Positions 47,201-59,387 of a stretch of 64,000 nt of DNA are shown here, one piece after another. The notes below the pieces were generated by a model, which did no database searches, was not told the origin of the DNA, and saw only the letters and a list, made by a program, of their open reading frames with translations. The DNA lies in NCBI GenBank assembly GCA_046563655.1, contig CM102287.1:1054001-1118000 (forward strand), given 5' to 3'. Position 1 is the first letter of the stretch. Every line of letters starts with the position of its first letter. This DNA comes from Yuukianura sp. NJ FZ-2021 (lineage: Eukaryota). The position numbers and the translations under genes were made by a program.

Positions 47201-50200
47201 CACCGGAAATCCATATTTCTCGAGATACAGCCATTTTGTGAATTTGCGGAGCAATTTAACCCCCTTCAAAATTCTAGAAAAACACCTTTCTAAATACCCA
47301 ACTTTGAAAGTGTAATCACATCAATTTCAAGTCGGTGAATCCAAATTCGCAATTAGACTTCACCGGAAATCCATATTTCTCGAGATACCGCCATTTTGTG
47401 AATTTGCAGAGCAACTTAACCCCCTTCAAAATTCTAGAAAAACTACCTTTCTAAATACCCACCTTTGAAAGTGTACTCACATCAATTTCAATTCGGTGAA
47501 TCCGAATTTGCAATTAGATTTCACCGGAAATCCATATTTCTCGAGATACAGCCATTTTGTGAATTTGCGGATTAATTTAACCCCCTTCAAAATTCTAGAA
47601 AAACTACCTTTCTAAATACCCAACTTTGAAAGTGTAATCACCTCAATTTCAAGTCGGTGAATCCAAATTCGCAATTAGATTTCACCGGAAATCCATATTT
47701 CTCGAGATACAGCCAATTTGTGAATTTGCAGAGCAATTTAACCCCCTTCAAAATTCTTGAAAAACTACCTTTCTAAATACCCACCTTTGAAAGTGTACTC
47801 ACATCAATTTCAAGTCGGTGAATCCGAATTTGCAATTAGATTTCACCGGCAATCCATATTTCTCGAGATACAGCCATTTTGTGAATTTGCAGAGCAATTT
47901 AACCACCTTCAAAATTCTAGAAAAACTACCTTTCTAAATACCCAACTTTGAAAGTGTAATCACATCAATTTCAAGTCGGTGAATCCAAATTCGCAATTAG
48001 ATTTCACCGGAAATCCATATTTCTCGAGATACCGCCATTTTGTGAATTTGCAGAGCAACTTAACCACCTTCAAAATTCTATAAAAACTATCTTTCTAAAT
48101 ACCCAACTTTGAAAGTATACTCACATCAATTTCAAGTCGGTGAATCCGAATTTGCAATCAGATTTCACCGGAAATCCATATTTCTCGAGATACAGCCATT
48201 TTGTGAATTTGCGGAGCAATTTAACCCCCTTCAAAATTCTAGAAAAACTACCTTTCTAAATACCCAACTTTGAAAGTGTAATCACATCAATTTCAGGTCG
48301 GTGAATCCAAATTCGCAATTCGATTTCACCGGAAATCCATATTTCTCGAGATACAGCCATTTTGTGAATTTGCAGAGCAATTTAACCCCCTTCAAAATTC
48401 TAGAAAAACTACCTTTCTAAATACCCAACTTTGAAAGTGTAATCACATCAATTTCAAGTCGGTGAATCCAAATTCGCAATTAGATTTCACCGGAAATCCA
48501 TATTTCTCGAGATACAGCCATTTTGTGAATTTGCAGAGCAATTTAACCCCCTTCAAAATTCTTGAAAAACTACCTTTCTAAATACCCACCTTTGAAAGTG
48601 TACTCACATCAATTTCAAGTCGGTGAATCCGAATTTGCAATTAGATTTCACCGGCAATCCATATTTCTCGAGATACAGCCATTTTGTGAATTTGCAGAGC
48701 AATTTAACCACCTTCAAAATTCTAGAAAAACTACTTTTCTAAATACGCAACTTTGAAAGTTTACTCACATCAATTTCAAGTCGTTGAATCCGAATTTGCA
48801 ATTAGATTTCACCGGAAATCCATATTTCTTGAGATACAGCCATTTTGTGAATTTGCAGAGCAATTTAACCCCTTCAAAATTCTAGAAAAACTACCTTTCT
48901 GAATACCCAACTTTGAAAGTGTAATCACATCAATTTCAAGTCGGTGAATCCAAATTCGCAATTAGATTTCACCGGAAATCCATATTTCTCGAGATACCGC
49001 CATTTTGTGAATTTGCAGAGCAACTTAACCACCTTCAAAATTCTATAAAAACTATCTTTCTAAATACCCAACTTTGAAAGTATACTCACATCAATTTCAA
49101 GTCGGTGAATCCGAATTTGCAATCAGATTTCACCGGAAATCTATATTTCTCGAGATACAGCCATTTTGTGAATTTGCGGAGCAATTTAACCCCTTCAAAA
49201 TTCTAGAAAAACACCTTTCTAAATACCCAACTTTGAAAGTGTAATCACATCAATTTCAAGTCGGTGAATCCGAATTTGCAATTAGATCTCACCGGAAATC
49301 CATATTTCTCGAGATACAGCCATTTTGTGAATTTGCAGAGCAATTTAACCCCCTTCAAAATTCTAGAAAAACTACCTTTCTAAATACCCAACTTTGAAAG
49401 TGTACTCACATCAATTTCAAGTCGGTGATTCCGAATTTGCAATTTGATCTCACCGGAAATCCATATTTCTCGAGATACAGCCATTTTGTGAATTTGCGGA
49501 GCAATTTAACCCCCTACAAAATTCTAGAAAAACTACCTTTCTAAATACCCAACTTTGAAAGTATACTCACATCAATTTCAAGTCGGTGAATCCAAATTCG
49601 CAATTAGATTTCACCGGAAATCCATATTTCTCGAGATACCGCCATTTTGTGAATTTGCAGAGCAACTTAACCACCTTCAAAATTCTATAAAAACTATCTT
49701 TCTAAATACCCAACTTTGAAAGTATACTCACATCAATTTCAAGTCGGTGAATCCGAATTTGCAATCAGATTTCACCGGAAATCCATATTTCTCGAGATAC
49801 AGCCATTTTGTGAATTTGCAGAGCAATTTAACCACCTTCAAAATTCTAGAAAAACTACCTTTCTAAATACCCAACTTTGAAAGTGTAATCACATCAATTT
49901 CAAGTCGGTGAATCCAAATTCGCAATTAGATTTCACCGGAAATCCATATTTCTCGAGATACCGCCATTTTGTGAATTTGCAGAGCAACTTAACCACCTTC
50001 AAAATTCTATAAAAACTATCTTTCTAAATACCCAACTTTGAAAGTATACTCACATCAATTTCAAGTCGGTGAATCCGAATTTGCAATCAGATTTCACCGG
50101 AAATCCATATTTCTCGAGATACAGCCATTTTGTGAATTTGCGGAGCAATTTAACCCCCTTCAAAATTCTAGAAAAACTACCTTTCTAAATACCCAACTTT

Positions 50201-53200
50201 GAAAGTGTAATCACATCAATTTCAGGTCGGTGAATCCAAATTCGCAATTCGATTTCACCGGAAATCCATATTTCTCGAGATACAGCCATTTTGTGAATTT
50301 GCAGAGCAATTTAACCCCCTTCAAAATTCTAGAAAAACTACCTTTCTAAATACCCAACTTTGAAAGTGTAATCACATCAATTTCAAGTCGGTGAATCCAA
50401 ATTCGCAATTAGATTTCACCGGAAATCCATATTTCTCGAGATACAGCCATTTTGTGAATTTGCAGAGCAATTTAACCCCCTTCAAAATTCTTGAAAAACT
50501 ACCTTTCTAAATACCCACCTTTGAAAGTGTACTCACATCAATTTCAAGTCGGTGAATCCGAATTTGCAATTAGATTTCACCGGCAATCCATATTTCTCGA
50601 GATACAGCCATTTTGTGAATTTGCAGAGCAATTTAACCACCTTCAAAATTCTAGAAAAACTACTTTTCTAAATACGCAACTTTGAAAGTTTACTCACATC
50701 AATTTCAAGTCGTTGAATCCGAATTTGCAATTAGATTTCACCGGAAATCCATATTTCTTGAGATACAGCCATTTTGTGAATTTGCAGAGCAATTTAACCC
50801 CCTTCAAAATTCTAGAAAAACTACCTTTCTGAATACCCAACTTTGAAAGTGTAATCACATCAATTTCAAGTCGGTGAATCCAAATTCGCAATTAGATTTC
50901 ACCGGAAATCCATATTTCTCGAGATACCGCCATTTTGTGAATTTGCAGAGCAACTTAACCACCTTCAAAATTCTATAAAAACTATCTTTCTAAATACCCA
51001 ACTTTGAAAGTATACTCACATCAATTTCAAGTCGGTGAATCCGAATTTGCAATCAGATTTCACCGGAAATCTATATTTCTCGAGATACAGCCATTTTGTG
51101 AATTTGCGGAGCAATTTAACCCCCTTCAAAATTCTAGAAAAACACCTTTCTAAATACCCAACTTTGAAAGTGTAATCACATCAATTTCAAGTCGGTGAAT
51201 CCGAATTTGCAATTAGATCTCACCGGAAATCCATATTTCTCGAGATACAGCCATTTTGTGAATTTGCAGAGCAATTTAACCCCCTTCAAAATTCTAGAAA
51301 AACTACCTTTCTAAATACCCAACTTTGAAAGTGTACTCACATCAATTTCAAGTCGGTGATTCCGAATTTGCAATTTGATCTCACCGGAAATCCATATTTC
51401 TCGAGATACAGCCATTTTGTGAATTTGCGGAGCAATTTAACCCCTACAAAATTCTAGAAAAACTACCTTTCTAAATACCCAACTTTGAAAGTATACTCAC
51501 ATCAATTTCAAGTCGGTGAATCCAAATTCGCAATTAGATTTCACCGGAAATCCATATTTCTCGAGATACCGCCATTTTGTGAATTTGCAGAGCAACTTAA
51601 CCACCTTCAAAATTCTATAAAAACTATCTTTCTAAATACCCAACTTTGAAAGTATACTCACATCAATTTCAAGTCGGTGAATCCGAATTTGCAATCAGAT
51701 TTCACCGGAAATCCATATTTCTCGAGATACAGCCATTTTGTGAATTTGCAGAGCAATTTAACCACCTTCAAAATTCTAGAAAAACTACCTTTCTAAATAC
51801 CCAACTTTGAAAGTGTAATCACATCAATTTCAAGTCGGTGAATCCAAATTCGCAATTAGATTTCACCGGAAATCCATATTTCTCGAGATACCGCCATTTT
51901 GTGAATTTGCAGAGCAACTTAACCACCTTCAAAATTCTATAAAAACTATCTTTCTAAATACCCAACTTTGAAAGTATACTCACATCAATTTCAAGTCGGT
52001 GAATCCGAATTTGCAATCAGATTTCACCGGAAATCCATATTTCTCGAGATACAGCCATTTTGTGAATTTGCGGAGCAATTTAACCCCCTTCAAAATTCTA
52101 GAAAAACTACCTTTCTAAATACCCAACTTTGAAAGTGTAATCACATCAATTTCAGGTCGGTGAATCCAAATTCGCAATTAGATTTCACCGGAAATCCATA
52201 TTTCTCGAGATACAGCCATTTTGTGAATTTGCAGAGCAATTTAACCCCCTTCAAAATTCTTGAAAAACTACCTTTCTAAATACCCACCTTTGAAAGTGTA
52301 CTCACATCAATTTCAAGTCGGTGAATCCGAATTTGCAATTAGATTTCACCGGCAATCCATATTTCTCGAGATACAGCCATTTTGTGAATTTGCGGAGCAA
52401 TTTAACCCCCTTCAAAATTCTAGAAAAACTACCTTTCTAAATACCCAACTTTGAAAGTGTAATCACATCAATTTCAGGTCGGTGAATCCAAATTCGCAAT
52501 TCGATTTCACCGGAAATCCATATTTCTCGAGATACAGCCATTTTGTGAATTTGCAGAGCAATTTAACCCCCTTCAAAATTCTAGAAAAACTACCTTTCTA
52601 AATACCCAACTTTGAAAGTGTAATCACATCAATTTCAAGTCGGTGAATCCAAATTCGCAATTAGATTTCACCGGAAATCCATATTTCTCGAGATACAGCC
52701 ATTTTGTGAATTTGCAGAGCAATTTAACCCCCTTCAAAATTCTTGAAAAACTACCTTTCTAAATACCCACCTTTGAAAGTGTACTCACATCAATTTCAAG
52801 TCGGTGAATCCGAATTTGCAATTAGATTTCACCGGCAATCCATATTTCTCGAGATACAGCCATTTTGTGAATTTGCAGAGCAATTTAACCACCTTCAAAA
52901 TTCTAGAAAAACTACTTTTCTAAATACGCAACTTTGAAAGTTTACTCACATCAATTTCAAGTCGTTGAATCCGAATTTGCAATTAGATTTCACCGGAAAT
53001 CCATATTTCTTGAGATACAGCCATTTTGTGAATTTGCAGAGCAATTTAACCCCCTTCAAAATTCTAGAAAAACTACCTTTCTGAATACCCAACTTTGAAA
53101 GTGTAATCACATCAATTTCAAGTCGGTGAATCCAAATTCGCAATTAGATTTCACCGGAAATCCATATTTCTCGAGATACCGCCATTTTGTGAATTTGCAG

Positions 53201-54478
53201 AGCAACTTAACCACCTTCAAAATTCTATAAAAACTATCTTTCTAAATACCCAACTTTGAAAGTATACTCACATCAATTTCAAGTCGGTGAATCCGAATTT
53301 GCAATCAGATTTCACCGGAAATCTATATTTCTCGAGATACAGCCATTTTGTGAATTTGCGGAGCAATTTAACCCCCTTCAAAATTCTAGAAAAACACCTT
53401 TCTAAATACCCAACTTTGAAAGTGTAATCACATCAATTTCAAGTCGGTGAATCCGAATTTGCAATTAGATCTCACCGGAAATCCATATTTCTCGAGATAC
53501 AGCCATTTTGTGAATTTGCAGAGCAATTTAACCCCTTCAAAATTCTAGAAAAACTACCTTTCTAAATACCCAACTTTGAAAGTGTACTCACATCAATTTC
53601 AAGTCGGTGATTCCGAATTTGCAATTTGATCTCACCGGAAATCCATATTTCTCGAGATACAGCCATTTTGTGAATTTGCGGAGCAATTTAACCCCCTACA
53701 AAATTCTAGAAAAACTACCTTTCTAAATACCCAACTTTGAAAGTATACTCACATCAATTTCAAGTCGGTGAATCCAAATTCGCAATTAGATTTCACCGGA
53801 AATCCATATTTCTCGAGATACCGCCATTTTGTGAATTTGCAGAGCAACTTAACCACCTTCAAAATTCTATAAAAACTATCTTTCTAAATACCCAACTTTG
53901 AAAGTATACTCACATCAATTTCAAGTCGGTGAATCCGAATTTGCAATCAGATTTCACCGGAAATCCATATTTCTCGAGATACAGCCATTTTGTGAATTTG
54001 CGGAGCAATTTAACCCCCTTCAAAATTCTAGAAAAACACCTTTCTAAATACCCAACTTTGAAAGTGTAATCACATCAATTTCAAGTCGGTGAATCCAAAT
54101 TCGCAATTAGATTTGACCGGAAATCCATATTTCTCGAGATACAGCCATTTTGTGAATTTGCGGAGCAATTTAACCCCCTTCAAAATTCTAGAAAAACACC
54201 TTTCTAAATACCCAACTTTGAAAGTGTAATCACATCAATTTCAAGTCGGTGAATCCAAATTCGCAATTAGACTTCACCGGAAATCCATATTTCTCGAGAT
54301 ACCGCCATTTTGTGAATTTGCAGAGCAACTTAACCACCTTCAAAATTCTAGAAAAACTACCTTTCTAAATACCCACCTTTGAAAGTGTACTCACATCAAT
54401 TTCAAGTCGGTGAATCCGAATTTGCAATTATATTTCACCGGAAATCCATATTTCTCGAGATACAGCCATTTTGTGAAT
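26217..54478 (+). repeat. 161-bp tandem satellite, ~175 monomers, with higher-order repeats
   Basis: Uninterrupted head-to-tail monomers. A variant monomer recurs at spacings of 483, ~805, ~965, 1605, 1769 and ~1928 bp (3, 5, 6, 10, 11, 12 units). Confidence 0.98.
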
Positions 54479-54640
54479 GATGAGTGAGCTAAGCCACTTC
54501 TACCCCGCTTGAGTCTCAAGTCACCCCAGGTATTGTGTGTCGAATTGACTTTTCGACAGAGAATGTAATACATCTTTATGTCGTTCAGCCGTTTCTGGTG
54601 TGATGTCAAAAGGAAAATCACCGCGTCTCCATTTAAACAT

Positions 54641-54974
54641 AAAAAAGTTAGGTTCGTACTCTATTTAAACTCTTCGCATAATCAAGCATTCTTCTCTCAC
54701 GGATGCCTCAACTTGTTGCTCTCTGCTCTTTAAGTCACTGCCTCATTCCACCTTCTCCAGAATGGTGGAAATGGAACAGTGACTCAAAGAACAGAGAGCA
54801 ACAAGTTGAGGCATCCGTGAGAGAAGAATGCTTGATTATGCGAAGAGTTTAAATAGAGTACGAACCTAACTTTTTTTTAATTTTTTTTATTACTGCTCCT
54901 GGGAATCGACCCCAGGCTTCCTCGATTTGATTCCATCACCCTATCGTTTGCGCTAATGCACTTACCATTGTTTA
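54641..54974 (-). ncRNA. Candidate Pol III transcript: tRNA-like head + 236-nt hairpin + T6 terminator
   Basis: Inverted repeat at 54641-54876. T-arm/B-box-like CCTGGG-GTCGATT-CCCAGG at 54898-54916 and a weak A-box at ~54965-54974. The hairpin is certain, but transcription is inferred. Confidence 0.45.
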
Positions 54975-55198
54975 ATTCAAAGTGAATTTGATATATACTC
55001 TGAAATAATCAAAATTTTATTATAAAACAAGGGTTTAAACATAAACGTTTTTAACATTAGAAACTGTTTATATCTTAAAAGCTCAGCTTAAATTCCTTTC
55101 CGGTTAGTCAATTGTGCACTTAATAGTCATATTAATCATAGCTCCAAATTTAGCTCTCAGTTATCTTTCTTAAGTCAAACTGAAAACATCTATCTACA

Positions 55199-55693
55199 AT
55201 GCGGCAGAGGTACGTGTTTAATCACGAACATTACTACAACACTTTGAGTGACCAAATTGGCAATGGAATGCCTGTGTTTCATGGGGTACGTCAAAGAGGG
55301 GGTGGGATTGGTTCCATCCTAGGCGGGATTGCCAAGTACGCATTGCCAATCATCATGAAGTGGATTTTGCCTCGCGCAAAGGAAGCTGCAGTTAAAACTG
55401 TGAGTGGCATTGCGGGAGGACGCCAGTCGGTAAAGAAGGCTTTGAAAGAAAACAGCGTTGGATTTTTGAAGAACGTCGGCTCGGATCTTTTGAATTCAGT
55501 AGTAGGAAGTCAAACCGGAAACGGTGTTCGAAATAAACAGAAGCGGACGTACACGAAGAGGAAACCCGCGAAACTAAGGAAGCAAGTTTCGGCAAACAAG
55601 GTTAAGAAATCCAAATCGAAAGTCTCAAAAAAACGAAAAGCGAAACCAAATCCAACAAAGACGAAGAGAACCAAATTAGATATTTTTGCATAA
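55199..55693 (+). CDS. Basic core/membrane-active virion protein with QxGxG motifs
   Basis: QIGNG, RQRGGGIGSILG, SQTGNG, Lys-rich tail ending DIFA. Confidence 0.87.
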   Translation: MRQRYVFNHEHYYNTLSDQIGNGMPVFHGVRQRGGGIGSILGGIAKYALPIIMKWILPRAKEAAVKTVSGIAGGRQSVKKALKENSVGFLKNVGSDLLNSVVGSQTGNGVRNKQKRTYTKRKPAKLRKQVSANKVKKSKSKVSKKRKAKPNPTKTKRTKLDIFA

Positions 55694-57021
55694 TGTCTTT
55701 GCTGCATTCCCGGTCTAAACCGGCCATTCGTGGAGAAGTCGACCTATTTTCAATCCCAGCAACAGATACGACGTGTGACTACAGTATGTACGAAGAGTAT
55801 CAGCCAGTTGTGAACGTTCAGGACGCTTCAAACAAAATCGAATTTAAGATTCCTGGGAATAGTAACCATTACCTGGATTTGGCAGACAGCTTCCTGCGGA
55901 TCAAGGTAAAAGTGACGCAGAAGACCGGAGATAACCTAGGAACGGATTCCACAGTTGGAACTGTGAATTTATTTATGCATGCCCTCTTCTCACAACTGGA
56001 CATTTATTTTAATGAAAAACTTGTGTCCACAAGCAATAATGGCTACTCATATCGGGCGTACATAGAAACATTGCTTTGCTACGGAAAAGACTACAAAACC
56101 TCGCAGGGTGGATGTGCTTTGTACTATGAAGACACAGTTGGTGGAATTGCAGACTCGACAAACCTAGGATGGGAGAAACGAAAAAGCTACATCAACGAAT
56201 CGAAAGACTTGGAACTAATCGACAAATTGAGATTTAACCTAGCTAATCAACATCGATACATATTGAATGACGTGAACGTTCGCATTTGTCTCACACGATC
56301 TTCCGATGCATTTGCCCTTTTTTCAAAAAAGAAGGGTGAGGATGGAGTAATCAAGTTCTTATCGGCAACATACTACATCCGAAAACAACTGCCATTTCCT
56401 AGCATTATATTGGCTCATCAGAGACTTTTAGAAAAGGGTGAAATTGCTCAATACCCATTTAAGTCCACTGAAGTGAAATACTTTACCATTGCTCAAGGAA
56501 ATTCGTCTGCCCTCGAAGAAAACCTTTTTGCAAATACTGTGCCAAGTCGTATTATAATTGGATTTGTGGATAGCTTGGCGTTCAACGGAGATTTCAATTC
56601 AAATCCGTTTCGTTTCCACAATTACAACATTAAGTCCATTTCGATTTCAGTCAACAATGTGTCTATACCAATTAGGCCGTTGTCCTTGGACTTTCCAAAT
56701 AACGAATGTCTTTTGGCATACTATCTTTTATTTACGAGCACAGGAATAGCTGGGCACGATGTTGGACTGTCTTTTGGGCGAGATGACTACAAAGAGAGCA
56801 ATGCCCTATTTACATTTGATATTCTTCAACCCACTGGGAACGAGGCACTCCTTCATTTGGAAAAATCTGGGAGCGTGAAAATTGAAGTTCAGTTTGGCAG
56901 GGCGCTAGAAAAATCAGTGCACTGTGTTATTCTGTCTGAACAACAAGGGGTTTTGGAGATTGACAAGTACCGACTGTTGTGGCACAATGAATACCACCGA
57001 AATCATGGAGATACTGGATAG
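55693..57021 (+). CDS. Major capsid protein
   Basis: EVDLFSIP, YLDL, NLFMHALFSQ, YSYRAYIETLL.YG, NPF.FH. The last ~15 aa may reflect a 1-bp deletion (restored IDKYRTVVAQ* would overlap the protease ATG). Confidence 0.93.
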   Translation: MSLLHSRSKPAIRGEVDLFSIPATDTTCDYSMYEEYQPVVNVQDASNKIEFKIPGNSNHYLDLADSFLRIKVKVTQKTGDNLGTDSTVGTVNLFMHALFSQLDIYFNEKLVSTSNNGYSYRAYIETLLCYGKDYKTSQGGCALYYEDTVGGIADSTNLGWEKRKSYINESKDLELIDKLRFNLANQHRYILNDVNVRICLTRSSDAFALFSKKKGEDGVIKFLSATYYIRKQLPFPSIILAHQRLLEKGEIAQYPFKSTEVKYFTIAQGNSSALEENLFANTVPSRIIIGFVDSLAFNGDFNSNPFRFHNYNIKSISISVNNVSIPIRPLSLDFPNNECLLAYYLLFTSTGIAGHDVGLSFGRDDYKESNALFTFDILQPTGNEALLHLEKSGSVKIEVQFGRALEKSVHCVILSEQQGVLEIDKYRLLWHNEYHRNHGDTG

Positions 57022-57538
57022 GAACATCAACGGATCATACCAAACTGCAGTTCTACCGTCCGACAAATTAAACGTTATTACTTCGGATCAGTTCGCAGTT
57101 GTAGCAAATTCCCAAACTTCCAAGGAACCAGGAATGCATTGGATCGGCATGTTCAAAAAACGAGGAGGTAGGGAAGTAGAATTCTTCGACAGCTGTGCAA
57201 TGCCGATTCACTTTTACAATCCTAGCTTTGTCGATTTTCTTTACTCCAAATCCGACGTCATAAGGATGAGCAGCCTTAGAGTTCAGCCGGAGCATAGCGA
57301 TGCTTGTGGACAGTTCGCGCTATACTACTTGATACACAGAGTCAAGGGAGAATCATTCGAAAAAATCCTGAGTAGGTTCGACGAATTTGATCTAAATGTA
57401 AACGACAACATTGTTAGAGACTTCGCAGCAATTAACTTACATTACGATAATACATGCTTCAGGGGTGACTCCCAAAACTTAGAAGTAACCAGAATCATTC
57501 AGTGTTGTGAGATTTTAGAAGTTCTACTCAACATGTAA
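56987..57538 (+). CDS. Adenain-like cysteine protease
   Basis: MNTTEI, PGMHWIG, EFFDS, VQ..SDACGQF, ND. Catalytic His, Asp and Cys are present. Confidence 0.9.
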   Translation: MNTTEIMEILDRNINGSYQTAVLPSDKLNVITSDQFAVVANSQTSKEPGMHWIGMFKKRGGREVEFFDSCAMPIHFYNPSFVDFLYSKSDVIRMSSLRVQPEHSDACGQFALYYLIHRVKGESFEKILSRFDEFDLNVNDNIVRDFAAINLHYDNTCFRGDSQNLEVTRIIQCCEILEVLLNM

Positions 57539-57605
57539 GTTTCGGTTCCTACAAGTGTATATATTTAACGTGACCAAATTGTACATTCATTCTAATCTTA
57601 TTAAA

Positions 57606-58535
57606 ATGAAATCTCAAGTTGCGAAAGCATACAAGAACATCGGAAGTTCTACTTATTTGGGGGGCAAGAAACATTTAAGTAAGTTAAACGGTATTTCTGA
57701 TTCTACAGCATTGAAATTCTTACAAACTCAAGACTCATACACGCGCCATAAGAGTCGGAGGTGCAAATTTCGCAGGAGACGGGTAACATCACCAGGTATA
57801 AACTACCTATGGCAGGCTGATATTGTTTTTTTGCCAAAATACACTGAAGAAAACGATGGCTATTCTTGTCTTTTAACCGCAATTGATGTCCTGTCAAAGT
57901 ATGCATTTGCTGTGCCAATGAAATCAAAGAAAACTAGCGAAGTTATTCAAGCATTTAAGCGGATCATCTCTTCAGGGAAAGGAAAACCTGTAACACTAGA
58001 ATGCGATCAAGGTTTAGAATTTTGGTCAGCTACATTCCAGAAGTGGGCAAAGTCTCTTGGCATATTGATGTACCATAACTTTTCAGACTTTGGTTCATCC
58101 GTTATTGAACGGTTTAACCGAACAATATGCACAGCTATCTCAAGACATCTTACTGAAAGTGGTCAAGCGAGATACATTGAAGCCCTGCCTTTTCTTATAA
58201 AGACTTATAACAGCAAAATACATTCGCGAACAAAAGTGGCGCCATGCGACGTTAACAAATACAATGAAATGGACGTATGGTTGGAATCTTATAAGGACTT
58301 GTATTCAAAACCTAAATCAAGGGCTACTCTTAAACTGTACGACCGCGTTCGCCTAGATAAAACGAAACACATATTTGGCAAAGGTTATTGGCCTGCTTTT
58401 ACGAGCGAAATTTTCGAAGTTTGTGAAGTCATCAATTCCATTCCTGTGACGTATCGTGTCAGGGATCTCTCTGGTGAGCAAATTTCTGGCATCTATTACA
58501 GTCAAGACCTCAGCAAGATAAGTTTAAAAGTGTAA
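57606..58535 (+). CDS. int: Retroviral-like DDE integrase of Polinton B
   Basis: WQAD, IDVLSKYA, CDQGLEF, IERFNRT, F.KGY..FT.EIF. Confidence 0.93.
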   Translation: MKSQVAKAYKNIGSSTYLGGKKHLSKLNGISDSTALKFLQTQDSYTRHKSRRCKFRRRRVTSPGINYLWQADIVFLPKYTEENDGYSCLLTAIDVLSKYAFAVPMKSKKTSEVIQAFKRIISSGKGKPVTLECDQGLEFWSATFQKWAKSLGILMYHNFSDFGSSVIERFNRTICTAISRHLTESGQARYIEALPFLIKTYNSKIHSRTKVAPCDVNKYNEMDVWLESYKDLYSKPKSRATLKLYDRVRLDKTKHIFGKGYWPAFTSEIFEVCEVINSIPVTYRVRDLSGEQISGIYYSQDLSKISLKV

Positions 58536-58536
58536 A

Positions 58537-59283
58537 ATGGGATTCTATATTACATTACCGTCGAACGGCTCACGTTATTTTTCTGACAATCGAACCAGTA
58601 ACTACAGGATTAAACTTCCATCCAAAATAAAACTTGAGCCTTCCTTATACGAAGTCGGGCTTACTGAGTTGACTTATGTGTGCTCCATAAAAACCCTAAC
58701 CGGAGCTGAGAAAGACAACCTCATTGAGTATAATGCTGCGAAGACTGCCGGGACAATAGAGCTTCCTTTACTTCATTACAGTACCGTGGAGCATTTAGTT
58801 CACATAATCAACGCAGCTTTTATAAAGCACAGCGTCCCTTCCAACTTGAAGTACTATGAAACAAAGTGTCGTGTTATCCTGGAAGTAGAAGCTGGATTTA
58901 GTATCGAAATAAGTGAGAAACTCTCCTACATTTTGGGATTTAATGGTACGCTTGAATTTAATTCAAATCAGCAAAATACTTACTTCATAGCCGATTCTCC
59001 ACCGGATATACTCGGTGGGCGATATCACATGTTTCTATACTGTGACATAATAGAGTCTCAAATCGTTGGATCCTCTCTTGTGCCTCTGCTTCGTATGGTA
59101 AACATAATTGGAAACGAAGGACAAGCAGTCACTCAAACTTTTGCTCATCCGTTTTATCTGCCGATTTCAAGGAGCGAGTTTGACATCATCTCTATTGTAC
59201 TGTGTGACGAATTTGGGGGGGAATTGCAAATTGACAATGGTCAAGTGACTTTAACTCTACATTTTAAGACGATATCAACCTAA
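58537..59283 (+). CDS. Minor capsid protein (penton)
   Basis: FYITLPSN, YEVGLTEL, MFLYCDII..QIVG..PLLR, HPFY, LTLHFK. Confidence 0.9.
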   Translation: MGFYITLPSNGSRYFSDNRTSNYRIKLPSKIKLEPSLYEVGLTELTYVCSIKTLTGAEKDNLIEYNAAKTAGTIELPLLHYSTVEHLVHIINAAFIKHSVPSNLKYYETKCRVILEVEAGFSIEISEKLSYILGFNGTLEFNSNQQNTYFIADSPPDILGGRYHMFLYCDIIESQIVGSSLVPLLRMVNIIGNEGQAVTQTFAHPFYLPISRSEFDIISIVLCDEFGGELQIDNGQVTLTLHFKTIST

Positions 59284-59387
59284 TGGAGAACCATACGTAC
59301 GATTTCGATCAAATTCAACTCAAACATCCATTCACATTTATTGTTGCAGGCGGTACGATGTCTGGAAAAACAACATTTGTTTGCAAG
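59283..59387 (+). pseudogene. Packaging ATPase, 5' fragment interrupted by an LTR
   Basis: LKHPFTFIVAGGTMSGKTTFV (Walker A), followed by LTR sequence. Confidence 0.85.

Larger units (their letters stand above)
54477..59387 (+). mobile_element. Polinton/Maverick element B (remainder presumably beyond the LTR insertion, outside window)
   Basis: Core protein, MCP, protease, integrase, penton and ATPase in one tightly packed block. The left boundary is an abrupt junction with the satellite. Confidence 0.9.

Noticed and set aside
27187..53143. Repeated 64-65 aa ORFs (MKNYLSKY.., MRIWIHRL..)
   Set aside because: These are by-products of satellite variants with non-ATG starts, and most monomers carry stops.
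26217..54478. CRISPR-like array
   Set aside because: There are no unique spacers and no cas genes, and the context is eukaryotic.
54890..54990. Bona fide tRNA gene
   Set aside because: Only the T-arm is convincing. No acceptor or anticodon stem could be built.
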